A DNA stretch of 63,981 bases, the filler included. It is 4 parts of 4 records of this genome, joined end to end, with 100 filler letters (N's around TTAATTAATTAA, not from the genome) between each part and the next. Parts side by side here need not be neighbours in the genome. Positions count along the whole stretch, not along the records: positions 1 to 17,549 come from SRR20825019_2867; positions 17,650 to 48,634 come from SRR20825019_2870; 2 more parts are not named here. One strand, written 5' to 3'. Position 1 is the stretch's first letter; every line of letters starts with the position of its first letter. Of the stretch, positions 9,624 through 21,653 are shown piece by piece. Below the pieces are notes generated by a model, which was given only the letters and a program-made list of their open reading frames with translations, did not search any database and was not told where the DNA came from. The position numbers and the translations under genes were made by a program.

Positions 9624-12600
9624 TTACACACTGAGCTGCGTAACCTTTGACTTGACACACGCACGCTGCAGGTTATCTCGCGCCAAAGCACCATACTTGT
9701 TCTCATGCATCTCCAACCGAATAATCTGACCTCCCTGCGCCCCTCGTAGTCTCCTGTTGTTCACTGCGGTTGCAATGGCCTTTGCACCATCATCAGCAAT
9801 CTCATTACGATAAAGCAGGATCTCACGAATATTTGCATTTTTGTCTAAGGCCTTTGCCAGAGCGGCCGCACCCACATCTGAGATCTCATTGGATTGCAGC
9901 ATGATGCTCGTAATACTCTCATGCTCCAAGAGAGCCTCAGCGAGGAGACCAGCGCCCTGGTCAGTGATGCTGTTCTGATGCAAGTTCAACATCTGTAGGG
10001 TCTTGTTGTTCATTAGCCCGTCCGCAATCAGTGAAACACCATCATCACCGAGATCGTTGTTACGAAGTTCCAAATTCTTAAGGACTTGCGTTGCTTTGAG
10101 GATCTTGTTAATAGCCACGACTGCATCTCGGTCCTCGCCCAAATGCGCAAGAGAGATCTTTAGGGTCTTGACAGTCTTGTTACGCTTTAGTAGCGACTTC
10201 AGGAGGTAAAGGTCGGCTTCCTTCACAGCCCGCATGCCAATGTTCAGCTCTGTGATATTGTTGCGGACAAGTTTACCCACGGGCAACTCGATGTTGACTG
10301 TCAGGGTTTCCAATGTCTTGGGGTTTTCCTTGATGATTTTGGACAACGCCCACATTCCCGTCTTTGTCAAACTCGAGTTTTCGATCAGATTCAATGAAAC
10401 CGACCCAATCGACGAATTATTCCTAAATGCTGAAGAAAGGGATATCATCGCATCGTCGTTAAGTAGGTTGCCGGAGAGATCTAGACTTTCCAGGTGCCGA
10501 CGGTCGGAATGCTCAAGAATCGCACACAAAATCATTATAGCACTTGGGCCTAACTCTCGCCCTTTGAGGTTCATATCCTTCACCGAAGTGGACCGAATGT
10601 CCTTGAGGGGCAAATCTCCGGGGAAAAACAGGTGCTCTACAGTTGACTCTTGCATCAGGCATGATCCTAAAATGCGAGCTCCAGACGTTGTAATCTTGTT
10701 GCGGCCGAGGTAGATCTCACGCAAAGCACTCCCTCCGGGCTTCATCAATTCACCCAAGTATTTGAAGTCCTGATCCGTATTCCTGGACCTAATCTCGCCG
10801 TCGGTGGTGACGTCCCCATCGCCAAGCCCGACATTCTCCATGACCAGAGTCTGCAGCTCACATTTGCTTGCCCCTGGAGGTAAGGACAAGCTGTTGTGCC
10901 TTCCGCCCATACCTCTCAAGAGTGCCGAAGTCGCATGTGTCAACGAGTCACCAGCCCGAGACAGAACACGAGACAGCTCACGCAGGAAGCCTCCGTCAAA
11001 CATGTCATCGAGCATAAGTTCTGTGTTGTCAGATATGTTCAATAAACGGAGCTTAGTGTTCTCCTGCAGGGCGAGCGCTATGGCCCTCCCCCCCACGCCA
11101 GTGACTCCATTATCACTGACGTTGATGGATACCAGAGTCTTATTCCCGCGAATAACTTCCGCAAGGGCCTTTGCTCCAGAGTCCTTGATACCGCAAGACT
11201 TGACGTCAAGGGATGTGATGCTCTTGTTCAGCTGGACTCCCTCCATAACACTAGCCGCAACATCACCACTCAGGTGAACACCACACACGCTGAACACCTG
11301 GCTCTTGCGGCTTCTAATGAAGGTTTTCACGGCATCACCGTGCCACGGCAACCAGTGCTGACCCATCACCGAAGTCAAGTCCTTATTATCTGTTTGCAAA
11401 AGCATCTCACCCATACGAATCTGAATGTTGGCGTTGGCCTCAGAGTTTGGACTCAGCTCAATGGCCTCCTTGTATGCAAGGATCGCAACCGGCTCTAGTT
11501 TCTTCCATCTAGCCGCCATTTCAGCCAGCCTTAACATGGCTTGTGGATCCCGCTTCATCCGAATCACTTCTACAGCCTCAATGAGAGACTGTCTCGCCCT
11601 TTCGTCATTTTCGTTCTCCTCGTTTGACTTGGCATTGCTCGATTTTTGGAGCATCTTCTTGGAATACGCAATCAAGGCATTTGACAATTCCTGAAGTGTC
11701 TGGTCGTCGTCAGGCGCTTGTGCGACAGCGTCATGGTACTTTTTGATCGCCAGCTCCGCCAGTCTTTGCACGAGAACTTGCTTCCCTGCCGCCCTATTCT
11801 TATCAACATCGAACAAATTCATTTGCAAATGGATTGCTTTAGCTGCTGCTACGCTTACAACATTCGCGTGTTTGACACGAGTTGATATTTCGCGAATGTC
11901 CGATTCCACCAAATGAGCGTATGTGTTGCCCAGAGACTGGCGGGCATTAGAAGTCAACACAATGCCGCTCATTTCTGCAGCTCTCTTGACAACCTCACCA
12001 GTGACAAGCCACGGCGCATTGATGTCGATGCCTCGACGAAGGTACGTGAACTGACGTTCCATGCGAACATGTATGGCCTGCCAGATCTTTGCACCACGCT
12101 TGCTCATCAGTTCATTTAAGCAATTGACAACAGTGGCGCGATACACTGACTCGGATGCCCCGTACCCACTCTGTTCTGCGTAAGTCACCTCTCGCATGCG
12201 CTGGCGAAGTTCGTTCTTAACGACCCGGGCAGTCATCTCGATCACAATCAGTCTTCTGGCGTATTCTGCGGAGGGGACCGCGGTGGACTTGCGGCTCTTC
12301 CTGATGATCAGAGCCCATCGTGATTTCTGTGGCATGTCATTTCTAATCGCGTAGAGCTTCTCCTCGACTTGGCCTAGCGCACGGATATTAATGCCCTCGC
12401 GGTGGAGAAGTTGTGATAATGTCCCGCTCAAACCAGATAACCTCTCCAGATTGAGAGATCCCAGCCATCGCGCAAACCGAGGAACCAAAACCGAACGCAT
12501 AGATTCGTACGCCTCTTCCACCCGCGTGTTGTGATGCCGGGAGTCTACAGGTGAGGCGAATGGACTGAACGCATCCGAAGACAGCGGGAAGTTGCTGCCC

Positions 12601-15600
12601 TTGACCAGCTCAGGTCTAAGCAGGCGGTACATAAAGCTTCCCGGAGCACTTTTGTTCGGAGGTTCCGGGGGAAACACCCTCGCGAAGTCCAGTACATATA
12701 CGCGGCCATCAATTGTGGATTTGTGCGCCTCAATATCAGCAGGGCCCCACACAGTGTCTCTTTCACCGTCAATCTTGCCGCTCACCTGGTGCTCACCAAG
12801 ATTAATAGCTCGGCAAGCGCTCCTCATAAGGTTGTAGACTTCAGCGTTGTTGGTATGCACAACCACTCCGCCATCGGCCGAGCCGTAAGTCAGGGTCTCC
12901 TGCCCGAGGACGGGGACTCGCGACAAAGCGATCAGACGATGACCACGGAAATCGATTACGGCCATCAAGGGCACGTGAAGGCGAGGGACACCGGACCGGG
13001 AAAACGCGGAGAGACCCTTCAAATCATGGCCAGCCACCTTCATGGCATATTCATCACCATCATAATATCCATGCACATCCACCGCGAACTTGTATAAAAT
13101 GTTCATGTGATCATACTTGGTCCCTCCGGCGCGGCCGCCGAGGTCAGACGGAAGAATCGTCTTGGCATGCCAAGGCAGTGCCGTCTCGGCCAAGATGATC
13201 TTCCCATACATTTCTGAGGTGTCAACAAAGTCTTGGGCTAGACGATAGAGTGAATTGTACGAGTGAAGGAGAGCTGGATTCTCGGACTCGATATGCTCAT
13301 CGTCACTCTCCAATCGGATCCGTTCAATGTCCTCGAGAACATTCTGCAAATCTGCATTCCAATCCCTCGGCTTGAACAAGGCTTCACTGTCATCGCCAGT
13401 GAATTCAAGCTTCCGGATGGATCCAAGTACACCAGTAACAGGAAGAGACCCGCATACCGTCGATGTTCCGTCATTCAATCCATCACGAAGTTCCAGAACC
13501 ATGCCCGACTTGGCCTCCAAGTCACACAAAGCATCCTCTAAATCCTCTGCATCTTGGTACTTGATATGATGCCCGCCCCGAATGTAAGGACGCGCCGCGT
13601 GCTTGCAGCGCGCGATCGTTGACGAAAGTTTTGGCAGTTCATCGCGAAGTTTGTTTACGACGTTATCGATTTGATCTCCTTTGACCTGCTCGTTATGATC
13701 AATTTGAGTGAGAAGCTCCTGTTGTCTTCCTTGCAGCTGAGAGATGAGATGCCCAGTTTTCTTATAAAGCATCATCCGGGCCTTGGTGGAATCCAGTGCC
13801 ATAATGTCGAGATGTTTCTGGCGCGCATCCACAAATGTTGATGCCTCGGCAACTAAGGACTCAGCCGCCTGGAGACTTTCCTGCACACGCCTCATGTTGA
13901 AGAAGCTGTCGTTTTCGTCATCCTGATATACTTGTGGCCGGGCCAAATTTGACGCGTATAGATCTCCGGAGTAATTTCCACTAACGTTTGTTACTGGCGC
14001 CGACCCCCGTCGGGGCTTCTTCATGTAGTTTGTCATAAGCGGGGAACCATTCCGGTAACTCGAAGGAATGTAATTTGTTGTATCTTGCTTAAGCAGGTCG
14101 CTCGTGCTTTTGTCGTGGAACATACCACAGCATACGCCATTGCAGAAGCATTCCTTCACATTTCCTCGAAGTGCCTTCAATCTGTTACGAAGGGACATTT
14201 CATCATACCCTGGCTTATTCTGCTCTTCAACCTTCTTATCCAGTAGTGACATGAAGGAGTGCATACACCCTGATTTGCACCCTGACCACAAGCCTGGCTC
14301 CACAAACCGACAATTATCTTCACAGACCACATCCTCGCACAACACGACCCACAACGCCACCAGCTTTTGCAGGTATCGAATCTCAATAGGCGACGTGAAT
14401 TCCCACATGAACTCGAATATCTCGCTGCGAGTCAGTTTGTGCAGCTTGTTAAGGACTCTGCCCTTGTGGCTCCACAGTGCAGCAGAAACGACCTGTGACA
14501 ACGTCCCTGAATCCATGCTTGCTAAGATCCCGCGAATCACGTCGATCGGCATGTCATCGTCCTCGTCAGAACCGCAAGACGAACCCCCAGCCGAACTTCC
14601 GTCGTCCTTTGGAGGTTTCCCAAAGAACACTTTTGGTGTTCCTCCACAGTCATATATTGCCATAAGGTCCCCATCCCCCTTCCCCTCCTTCATGCGCCGA
14701 ACAAATTCAGCAACAGTCGAGTCTATCTCCGTATACTCTCCAGCAACTGGCGGAGCGCCGTCACGGAGACGAGCACTCCGCCTGCTCGAGGAATTGGTTA
14801 TGTCAGTGTCCATAGAGCCATGGCCGCGCCGTTTTCGCCTCAGACTGGCCACCATGTCCCTAAGTTCTGTCATCTGGTTCTCCATATGAGGAACAATCTC
14901 ATCGCGATAGACTTTCATTTCACGATGGCTTTGCTTGAGCTCTTCCTGTAAGCTAGCATTCTCCTGCTTCGTCTGATTGAGCTTCTCCAGCGTTATCTCG
15001 TACCCAATCGACTTTTTTCGCAGCTCTGAATGCGAGTCTCCACGGGCAACTTGCATCTTCCGCTTCAGCTCCTCTCTCTCCTGAACCACATCAGTCAATA
15101 CCTGCTCAAAACTCCAATCTAGGGGGTTCACCAACTCACCGCCTTCAATATCAATAGTTCATCACGCAGAGCACTGCATTTGCTGCATTCTCTGCAGTCC
15201 TTGTAATCGCGTGCATCCGCATTGGAGCTCCAATCCTGCGGTGATGATGGCTCCACTAGAGAAACAGACCTTTTCGACTTGTGCCCCTTAATCCCCTCTT
15301 CATCCTCGTCGACCCGACTCAAGCTCTCAGTCGAATTTTCCGGCGACACCCCTGGGCTGCGACCCTTCCCACCTGAGTCGTTCCCAAAAGTCGCTCTCCT
15401 CATAGCCAGTGTATTGGGCGTAACGGGCAAAGTGGAAGAGGATAGCTGGCTCAGCTCAGACCCATCACTGGGCGCATGTCGGTGTGAGGGCATGTCCGAA
15501 TACTCGCTTTGAACGGACGTGCGGTGATACTGCAACAATTTTTCCTGTCTGGTAGACACATCCGGTGGAGTGCGCACAAGAGATAAGGTGGCATGTGCAG

Positions 15601-16168
15601 GGGCGATGGGGCTCTCATAGACATCCTCAATAGACGACGCACTACCAGCAGACGTCTGTCGGGATGATGCAGGTACAAGACTCCCATTGCTGCCACTGTT
15701 GCTCCCACCATGTGTAGATTTGTCGTTGGCTCGCTGGACCGTCTCAAGAAACCATTCATGTCGCGATGTGGCCCTAAGACGAAGTGTCATATCAGCAACT
15801 GTGATCATCCAACCAGCCCAAAATCCTTACGAAGAGCTCGTGTGCCAGAATGCCGCCAACTCCTCGAAATTTACCGCTCCAGAATTTCCCTCATCGAGAA
15901 AGTACGTCAACAACTGTATGTCCGCTGGTGGCCAAGTCTCGCTCATACAAGCAAGAAAACGACCCATGTAACGTAGGTCCATTGTCCCTGCGCACGGAGT
16001 TCAGTTCAACACGAAAGAAACGTATAATAAGCACTGAATACCATCGCCAGAGTTGAACTTGTCGAAAACGGCTTTGAAGTGTGACGATGGAATACTGCCC
16101 TGTACACTATCACGGCGCAAGACGTCGGCACCGAGCCTGCGGAGATCTTCTCTCCTGGGAGTCCTCAT
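9624..16168 (-). CDS. large EF-hand / coiled-coil / Clu-domain / TPR-like / LRR (ribonuclease-inhibitor type) protein (spliced)
   Basis: ATG 16168 with GT-AG introns 16041-15988, 15830-15774 and 15139-15081 (alternative in-frame acceptor at 15102). EF-hand-like LDEGNSGAVNFEEL; Clu motifs RDWN..Q, GGRAGGTKY, VPLMAVIDFRGHRLIA and DFARVFPP; repeated LxxLxLxxNxIxDxGA LRRs at the C-terminus. Confidence 0.8.
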
Positions 16169-16429
16169 GCCTCTGTGTCCTCTCTATCTCAATTTCCTAG
16201 AAAGTGCTCATGACACAAGAAGCAAGGGCAGTCAAAGAACGAAAAGAGTGAACACGTCTCGTTCATATAGTTGAAGGCGAACTGATGGTCGTCTGGCCTA
16301 GCATGACTATAATAGCCTGAACAGCCCAGAGGAATTGGAGCCTCCAAATTAGGAATACTGGAGGTCACTATTCCTCTATGCAGAGACTGAGACCACAACC
16401 ACTCAATGGGAATGGTAGCCCACACCCCC

Positions 16430-17549
16430 TCAAGCGACCTGGGGTCGCCGGACATCGTCAGAAGCAACCCGGCCCGGCTGGCCTTTCTCAGTCTGCCTGT
16501 CTGGATGTCGGGCTACTACGTCACTGCCGCGCATGGCTGGCTCGGCTCAGCCAGCCGCCCCCCGGGGCTGACGGCGTCCAGGCGGGCGGGCCGCTGCGGA
16601 GGCGCGCCCCGGCCAAGCCGACCCGGACGGACGGCCGCCAGCGGCTTTGGTGGCGTCGTCGGCGAGGAGGCCGGCGGGGCCGGCGGGGCCGCGGCGTCGC
16701 GGTCGCTCCGACCGAGACGAAACCACCGTCCGAGCGGCCCCCCGGGGTCCGGGTGGCTCGCCGTTGCATCGAGGTGATGACCACCACCACGGTCCGCGAA
16801 GGGCCGTGGCCCGGCCGCCGCGCCACCCGCCGTGACGGCCCGGCCTTCACGGCGCCCGGCGGGCCGCACCAACCCGCTGGCAAGCTGACAAACCTCGCAG
16901 CAGGTGCACAGAGCCAACAATCTCGCCTGATCGAATCAATTGCGCCTCCAACGAGCGATAACCGACGCTCCGGCGGGAAGAGACCGTCCGCAGCACAGCG
17001 TCGCCTGCCGTCCGGTCGTCCCTGCCGGGGTTCGAGTGGGGGTTTTCGTTGTGTTCCAACTTCAAGGGTTCGGGTTTTCTGGACGTTGCGTCCAAACGCA
17101 TTGGACACCGGTCTCTAAAGTTTGTGCTAAAAGACGAGATTTGAGACCCGGCGCCGAGTGCCACACCGCGCCACGCCGACTGACGGCCCGGCAGACCCGC
17201 GTCCACAGGCCGGCCGGCCGCCGGCGGCCGGCGAGCCCGGTCCGCCGCCCTCCCCGGGCCGCCCACTGCCCGCCGCCCGGGCCGGGTCGCTGGCAGTGGG
17301 CGGCCGCCCGGCGGCGCCGGCGCCGCCCGCCCCCCCCCGGCGCGGCATCCCATAGAAAGTGCCCGCCAGCCCGGCCGGGCCGCTGCGGCCCGGCTGCGCC
17401 CGCCGGGGCCCTGAATCATGGCCGTGCTGCACTAACTAATGGCCGGGGGGCGGGCCCTGGCCGACTTGGGACCATGGCCGGGCGCGGCGCGCGCCACCTG
17501 CTGGTCACTCGAGTGCCCCGGTTGCCCCCCCCCCCCCCCCCCCCCCCCC
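16430..17549. promoter_or_regulatory. GC/CpG-rich island upstream of the Clu-LRR gene, ending in a C25 homopolymer at the contig end
   Basis: Very GC-rich arms (about 16430-16880 and 17150-17520) surround a less GC-rich core. Poly-C at 17525-17549. Confidence 0.5.
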
Positions 17550-17649
17550 NNNNNNNNNNNNNNNNNNNNNNNNNNNNNNNNNNNNNNNNNNNNTTAATTA
17601 ATTAANNNNNNNNNNNNNNNNNNNNNNNNNNNNNNNNNNNNNNNNNNNN
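17550..17649. other. artificial contig spacer
   Basis: N44-TTAATTAATTAA-N44 (stops in all six frames). Composition and gene style change abruptly across it. Confidence 0.99.
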
Positions 17650-18171
17650 CGAGGCGATGGGCTCGTCCGCGAGGATGATCTTGGGGTCCTGCATCAGGGC
17701 GCGGGCGATGGCGACACGCTGTTGCTGGCCGCCCGACAGCGACTCGGCGCGTTTCTGGGCGTGCTGGACGATGCCCAGCCGGTCAAGGATGTCGATGGCG
17801 CGGTGCACGTCCGACGTGGGATACAGGTTGAACATGGTCGCCAAGGTCGAGCGGCGGTTCAGCGTGCCGTGCAGTACGTTCGACACCACGTCCATGCGCG
17901 GGACCAGGTTGAACTGTTGAAAGATCATCGCGCATTGCGACTGCCAGCGACGGCGGGCCGCGCCGCGCAGGTGGGTCATGTCGTGACCCTCGACGGAAAA
18001 GCTGCCGGACGAGCTGTCGGTCAGGCGGTTCAGCATCCGCAGAAGGGTCGATTTGCCGGCACCCGAGCGCCCGATGATCCCGATCATGCACGAGCGCTTG
18101 ACCGACAGCGTGGCGTTGTCCACGGCGATGTTCGCGCCGAAGGTTTTCGTCAGGTTGGTGATTTCCAGCAT
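17650..18171 (-). CDS. phnC: phosphonate ABC transporter ATP-binding protein (3'-truncated)
   Basis: Walker [42 protein letters not shown]. Confidence 0.85.
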
Positions 18172-18338
18172 TTATGTCCCCAAGTCTTGTTGAGGCGGAC
18201 GTACTGGGTACAGGATTCAGAAATGTTTCAGATTTGCGAAAGTTATGTGACAGGTGTGGGGTGCCTCACCACCAAGGGCAGCGCCGGACCGGGGGTGAGC
18301 ATCGCGACGTCGCTGGGGGCACTAAATCACGCCCCGAC

Positions 18339-19160
18339 CTATCCCCGCCACGCCAGCAGGCGTTTCTCGATCAGGCCGATGACCACGCTCAGCGTCACGC
18401 CCAGCACCGACAGGATCAGCACGCCTGCAAACAGCCGCTCCAGATCATAGAGCGATCCGGCTTCGAGGATATAGGCGCCGATTCCGTATTCCGCGCCCAG
18501 CATTTCCGCCGCGACCAGCAGGATGATGGCAATCGCCAGCGAAATCCGCAGGCCCGACAGGATGCCGGGCATGGCGCCGGGCAACACGATCTTGCGCACG
18601 ATGGACAGCCACGACAGGCCAAAGCTTTGCCCCATGCGGATCAGCGAGCGGTCCACATTGTCCACTGCGCCATAGGTGGCGACAACCGTGGGGGTGAAAG
18701 TGCCGAAGGCGATCAGCGCGTATTTTGATGTCTCGTCAATGCCGAACCAGATGACGAACAGCGGCAGCAGGGCGATCTTGGGGATCGGGAACAGGGCGGC
18801 GACCAGCGGCACCAGCCCCGCGCGCACATAGGAAAACAGCCCGATCAGGATGCCGACGCCGATGCCAAGGCTGGCGCCCAGCGTCGCGCCGACGGCCAGG
18901 CGGCTGAGCGAGGGGATGAGATGCTTGAACAGCAACCCGCTTTGCCACAGTTCGACGAATGTGGCAGCTACGTCCGACGGCTTGGGCAGCGTCAGCGCCG
19001 AGATCCAGCCCGCCCGCGTGCCCCATTCCACCAGCAGGATCAGCACCACGAACACCGCCACACCCACCCCGCGCCGGGCAGAGGGGGCAAAACCGCCGCC
19101 ACGAAAGCGGACTTCGACAGCAGATTGAGGGGCGGTGTCGGGCGTGGTGGTGTCAGACAT
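18339..19160 (-). CDS. ABC transporter permease (nitrate/sulfonate/taurine type)
   Basis: Hydrophobic helices, PIPKIALLPLFVIWFG, EAA-like loop, LVAAEM. Confidence 0.9.
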   Translation of the reverse strand: MSDTTTPDTAPQSAVEVRFRGGGFAPSARRGVGVAVFVVLILLVEWGTRAGWISALTLPKPSDVAATFVELWQSGLLFKHLIPSLSRLAVGATLGASLGIGVGILIGLFSYVRAGLVPLVAALFPIPKIALLPLFVIWFGIDETSKYALIAFGTFTPTVVATYGAVDNVDRSLIRMGQSFGLSWLSIVRKIVLPGAMPGILSGLRISLAIAIILLVAAEMLGAEYGIGAYILEAGSLYDLERLFAGVLILSVLGVTLSVVIGLIEKRLLAWRG

Positions 19161-19920
19161 TCAAAAGCTCCGCATCGGCTGCGCGGGCTTCGTCGCGCAT
19201 CAGGGTCCACAGGTGCTTTTGCACCGTTTCCAGTTCGGGGTCGGCATAGCCGCGCTGGTCCAGCGGTTTGTCAATCTCGACCACTTCGCAAATCTGCCCC
19301 GGACGGCGCGACAGCACGACGATTTTGTGGCCCAGCCGCACCGCTTCGGCCAGATTGTGGGTGACATAGACGGATGTGAACGGCTGGCGCATCCATAGCG
19401 CCACCAGATCGTCCATCAGCAACTCGCGCGTCTGGCTGTCGAGGGCGGACAGCGGCTCGTCCATCAGCATCACGGCGGGGTTGACCGCCAGCGCACGCGC
19501 AATAGCGACGCGCTGTTTCATGCCGCCCGACAGCTGGCGGGGCAGGGCGCGGGCGAAATCGGTCAGCTTGGTGCGGGCCAGAACGTCACTGATGATCGCA
19601 TCGGCGGCTTTGCCGCGTATCCCGTGATCCTCGAGCACCAGCGAGATGTTTCCATGCACCGTGCGCCACGGCAGCAGGGCAAAGTCCTGAAACACGTAGG
19701 TCAGCGGGTTCAGGCTGTCCGCGGGCGGCGTGCCCAGTTGCAACACGCGGCCAGCGTCTGCCCGTTCCAGCCCGCCGATCAGGCGCAGCAACGTGGATTT
19801 GCCACAGCCCGACGGACCAACCAGACAGACGATGCGTCCTGCCGGAATGTCCAGAGAGATGTCGCGCAACACTTCGGTGTCGCCATAGCTGTGGCTGATC
19901 GCGTCGAGGCGGATGTCCAT
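19153..19920 (-). CDS. ABC transporter ATP-binding protein (nitrate/sulfonate/taurine type)
   Basis: Start [40 protein letters not shown]. Confidence 0.9.
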   Translation of the reverse strand: MDIRLDAISHSYGDTEVLRDISLDIPAGRIVCLVGPSGCGKSTLLRLIGGLERADAGRVLQLGTPPADSLNPLTYVFQDFALLPWRTVHGNISLVLEDHGIRGKAADAIISDVLARTKLTDFARALPRQLSGGMKQRVAIARALAVNPAVMLMDEPLSALDSQTRELLMDDLVALWMRQPFTSVYVTHNLAEAVRLGHKIVVLSRRPGQICEVVEIDKPLDQRGYADPELETVQKHLWTLMRDEARAADAELLNV

Positions 19921-19976
19921 GGGCGGTCCTTGGCAGTTCGGTGGCGGCGGGCCGGGATGCCCGCCGCATCGGGCGT

Positions 19977-20996
19977 TTAAGCCTCGTAGGTTTCGACGTA
20001 GGATGTGTCGACGAAAGTATCCAGCGTGATCGACGCATCGACCAGACCTTCGGACTGGAACCACTCAAGCTGGTCGCGCAGCGAGGCCACGTTCATCTTG
20101 GCCCCTTCGTTCAGGCGCATGGTGCCGTTGATGATCGACGCGGACGCCTTTTCGATGGGCTGGTCTTCGTAGACATATTTGTGGATCAGCTCGACCATCT
20201 CTTTCTCACCTTCTTCGCCGCCGGTTTTTTCGATCATCGCGGCGTTGTAGTCGGCCACCCCTTTCGAGAAACCGTTCAGGAACGCCTGTGTCTGGTCGCG
20301 CTGGTTGTCGGCGTTGTCGGTCGAGGTAAAGACCGTGGTCACCTGATAGTTGGGCAGGTAGTCCGAGATGTTGCCGATGATGTGCACAGCACCCGAACCG
20401 GCCAGCGGCTTGGCAATGTGGGGGACGATGGACCATGCGTCGATCTGGCCCGACTTCAGCGCGCCGATGATCGCGCCGACCTTTTGCAGGGGCGTGAACG
20501 ACATCTCGATGCCCTCGGCCTGTGCCACTTTGGACCCCATGTAGTGGAACGACGATCCGGCGGTGGAAATGCCGAACTTTTTGCCCGCAAGACCCGCAGG
20601 CGCGGTCAGACCGGCCTGAAACGCCGCATCCGAGGCCAGGATTTTCTGGCCGTCAATGCCCGGCTCTTCGCTCAGGCCGCCACCGATGACCTTGACCGCA
20701 CCCTTGTCGGCCAGCGAGATCAGGCCACCCGAAACGGCGGTGACGGCATAGTCCACGTCACCCGAAGCAATGGCCACGGCCATCGGCTGTGCCGCTTGGA
20801 AAAAGCGTAGTTCGACGTCCAGTCCGGCCTCGGCGAAATAGCCGCGTTCGACCGCGACAAAGCTGGCGGAATGCGAGGTGAAGCGCAGCGCGCCCACGAC
20901 GATTTTCTTGTTCTGCGCGATGGCTGGGGCGGCAAGTCCGGTGGCGGCTGCGGCCCCGATCAGACCCAGTGTCTGGCGGCGGTTGAAGTTGATCAT
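19977..20996 (-). CDS. ABC transporter substrate-binding protein (SsuA/NMT1-like), Tat-exported
   Basis: GGGAGG RBS, twin-arginine signal FNRRQTLGL, ERGYFAEAGLDVEL motif; first gene of the ABC operon. Confidence 0.85.
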   Translation of the reverse strand: MINFNRRQTLGLIGAAAATGLAAPAIAQNKKIVVGALRFTSHSASFVAVERGYFAEAGLDVELRFFQAAQPMAVAIASGDVDYAVTAVSGGLISLADKGAVKVIGGGLSEEPGIDGQKILASDAAFQAGLTAPAGLAGKKFGISTAGSSFHYMGSKVAQAEGIEMSFTPLQKVGAIIGALKSGQIDAWSIVPHIAKPLAGSGAVHIIGNISDYLPNYQVTTVFTSTDNADNQRDQTQAFLNGFSKGVADYNAAMIEKTGGEEGEKEMVELIHKYVYEDQPIEKASASIINGTMRLNEGAKMNVASLRDQLEWFQSEGLVDASITLDTFVDTSYVETYEA

Positions 20997-21148
20997 CGTA
21001 TCCTCCCTGATGTGCATGATCTGTCTGGTTGATATTGCAGTGATCCAAAGGGACGGGATTTTCAAGTGTTCAGGGCATATTACCCGCTATGCGGGCGGGG
21101 TGGGGGCGGCTATCAGGGGCGGACCCTTGGAGCCGCAGGCAGATTCAC

Positions 21149-21577
21149 ATGACCGCCTATCTTGTCCTGTTCGCATCCGCACTGGTGGCAGCGACGATCC
21201 TGCCGATGCAATCCGAGGCGGTTCTGGTTGGCCTGCTGGTGGCGGACAACCACCCTGTCGTGGCGCTGTTGCTGGTGGCGACGGTGGGCAATGTGCTGGG
21301 GTCTGTCATCAACTGGGTTCTGGGGCGCTATCTGTTGCGCTTCAGGGACCGGCGCTGGTTTCCCGCGTCGGACCGGCAACTGGACCGCGCCCAAGGGTGG
21401 TATCACCGCTATGGCCGCTGGTCGTTGTTGGGCAGTTGGTTGCCGCTGGTCGGTGACCCGCTGACCGTTGTGGCGGGGGTGATGCGCGAACCCTTCGGGA
21501 CGTTCCTGATACTGGTCACGGTGGCCAAGGGCGCGCGCTATCTGGTGCTGGCGGCGCTGACGCTGGCTTGGGTGTGA
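21149..21577 (+). CDS. YqaA/DedA-family membrane protein
   Basis: ATILPMQSE, GNVLGSVINW and GDPLTVVAG motifs. Confidence 0.85.
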   Translation: MTAYLVLFASALVAATILPMQSEAVLVGLLVADNHPVVALLLVATVGNVLGSVINWVLGRYLLRFRDRRWFPASDRQLDRAQGWYHRYGRWSLLGSWLPLVGDPLTVVAGVMREPFGTFLILVTVAKGARYLVLAALTLAWV

Positions 21578-21610
21578 CGGGCGTGCTTGACTCCTACTGG
21601 TGAATATATC

Positions 21611-21628
21611 ATCTCATCATACCAGTTG
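21611..21628 (-). promoter_or_regulatory. putative GntR/FadR operator copy 1 (CAACTGGTATGATGAGAT on - strand)
   Basis: Exact 18-bp reverse complement of 23221-23238; sits just upstream of apnO. Confidence 0.7.
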
Positions 21629-21653
21629 AGATGTACATGAGGGGACCGGAGAA

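Noticed and set aside
16701-16739. GACGAAAC..GTC inside an 8-bp stem resembling a minimal hammerhead
   Set aside because: The CUGANGA box is missing (CCGACCGA) and there is no stem II.
1-17549. Eukaryote-to-bacterium gene transfer or giant virus origin of the first contig
   Set aside because: It is separated from the bacterial DNA by an artificial spacer. Dense spliceosomal introns and TFIIA indicate an ordinary nuclear genome.
17594-17605. TTAATTAATTAA repeated three times in the window
   Set aside because: It is a synthetic all-frame-stop linker inside N runs, not a biological repeat.
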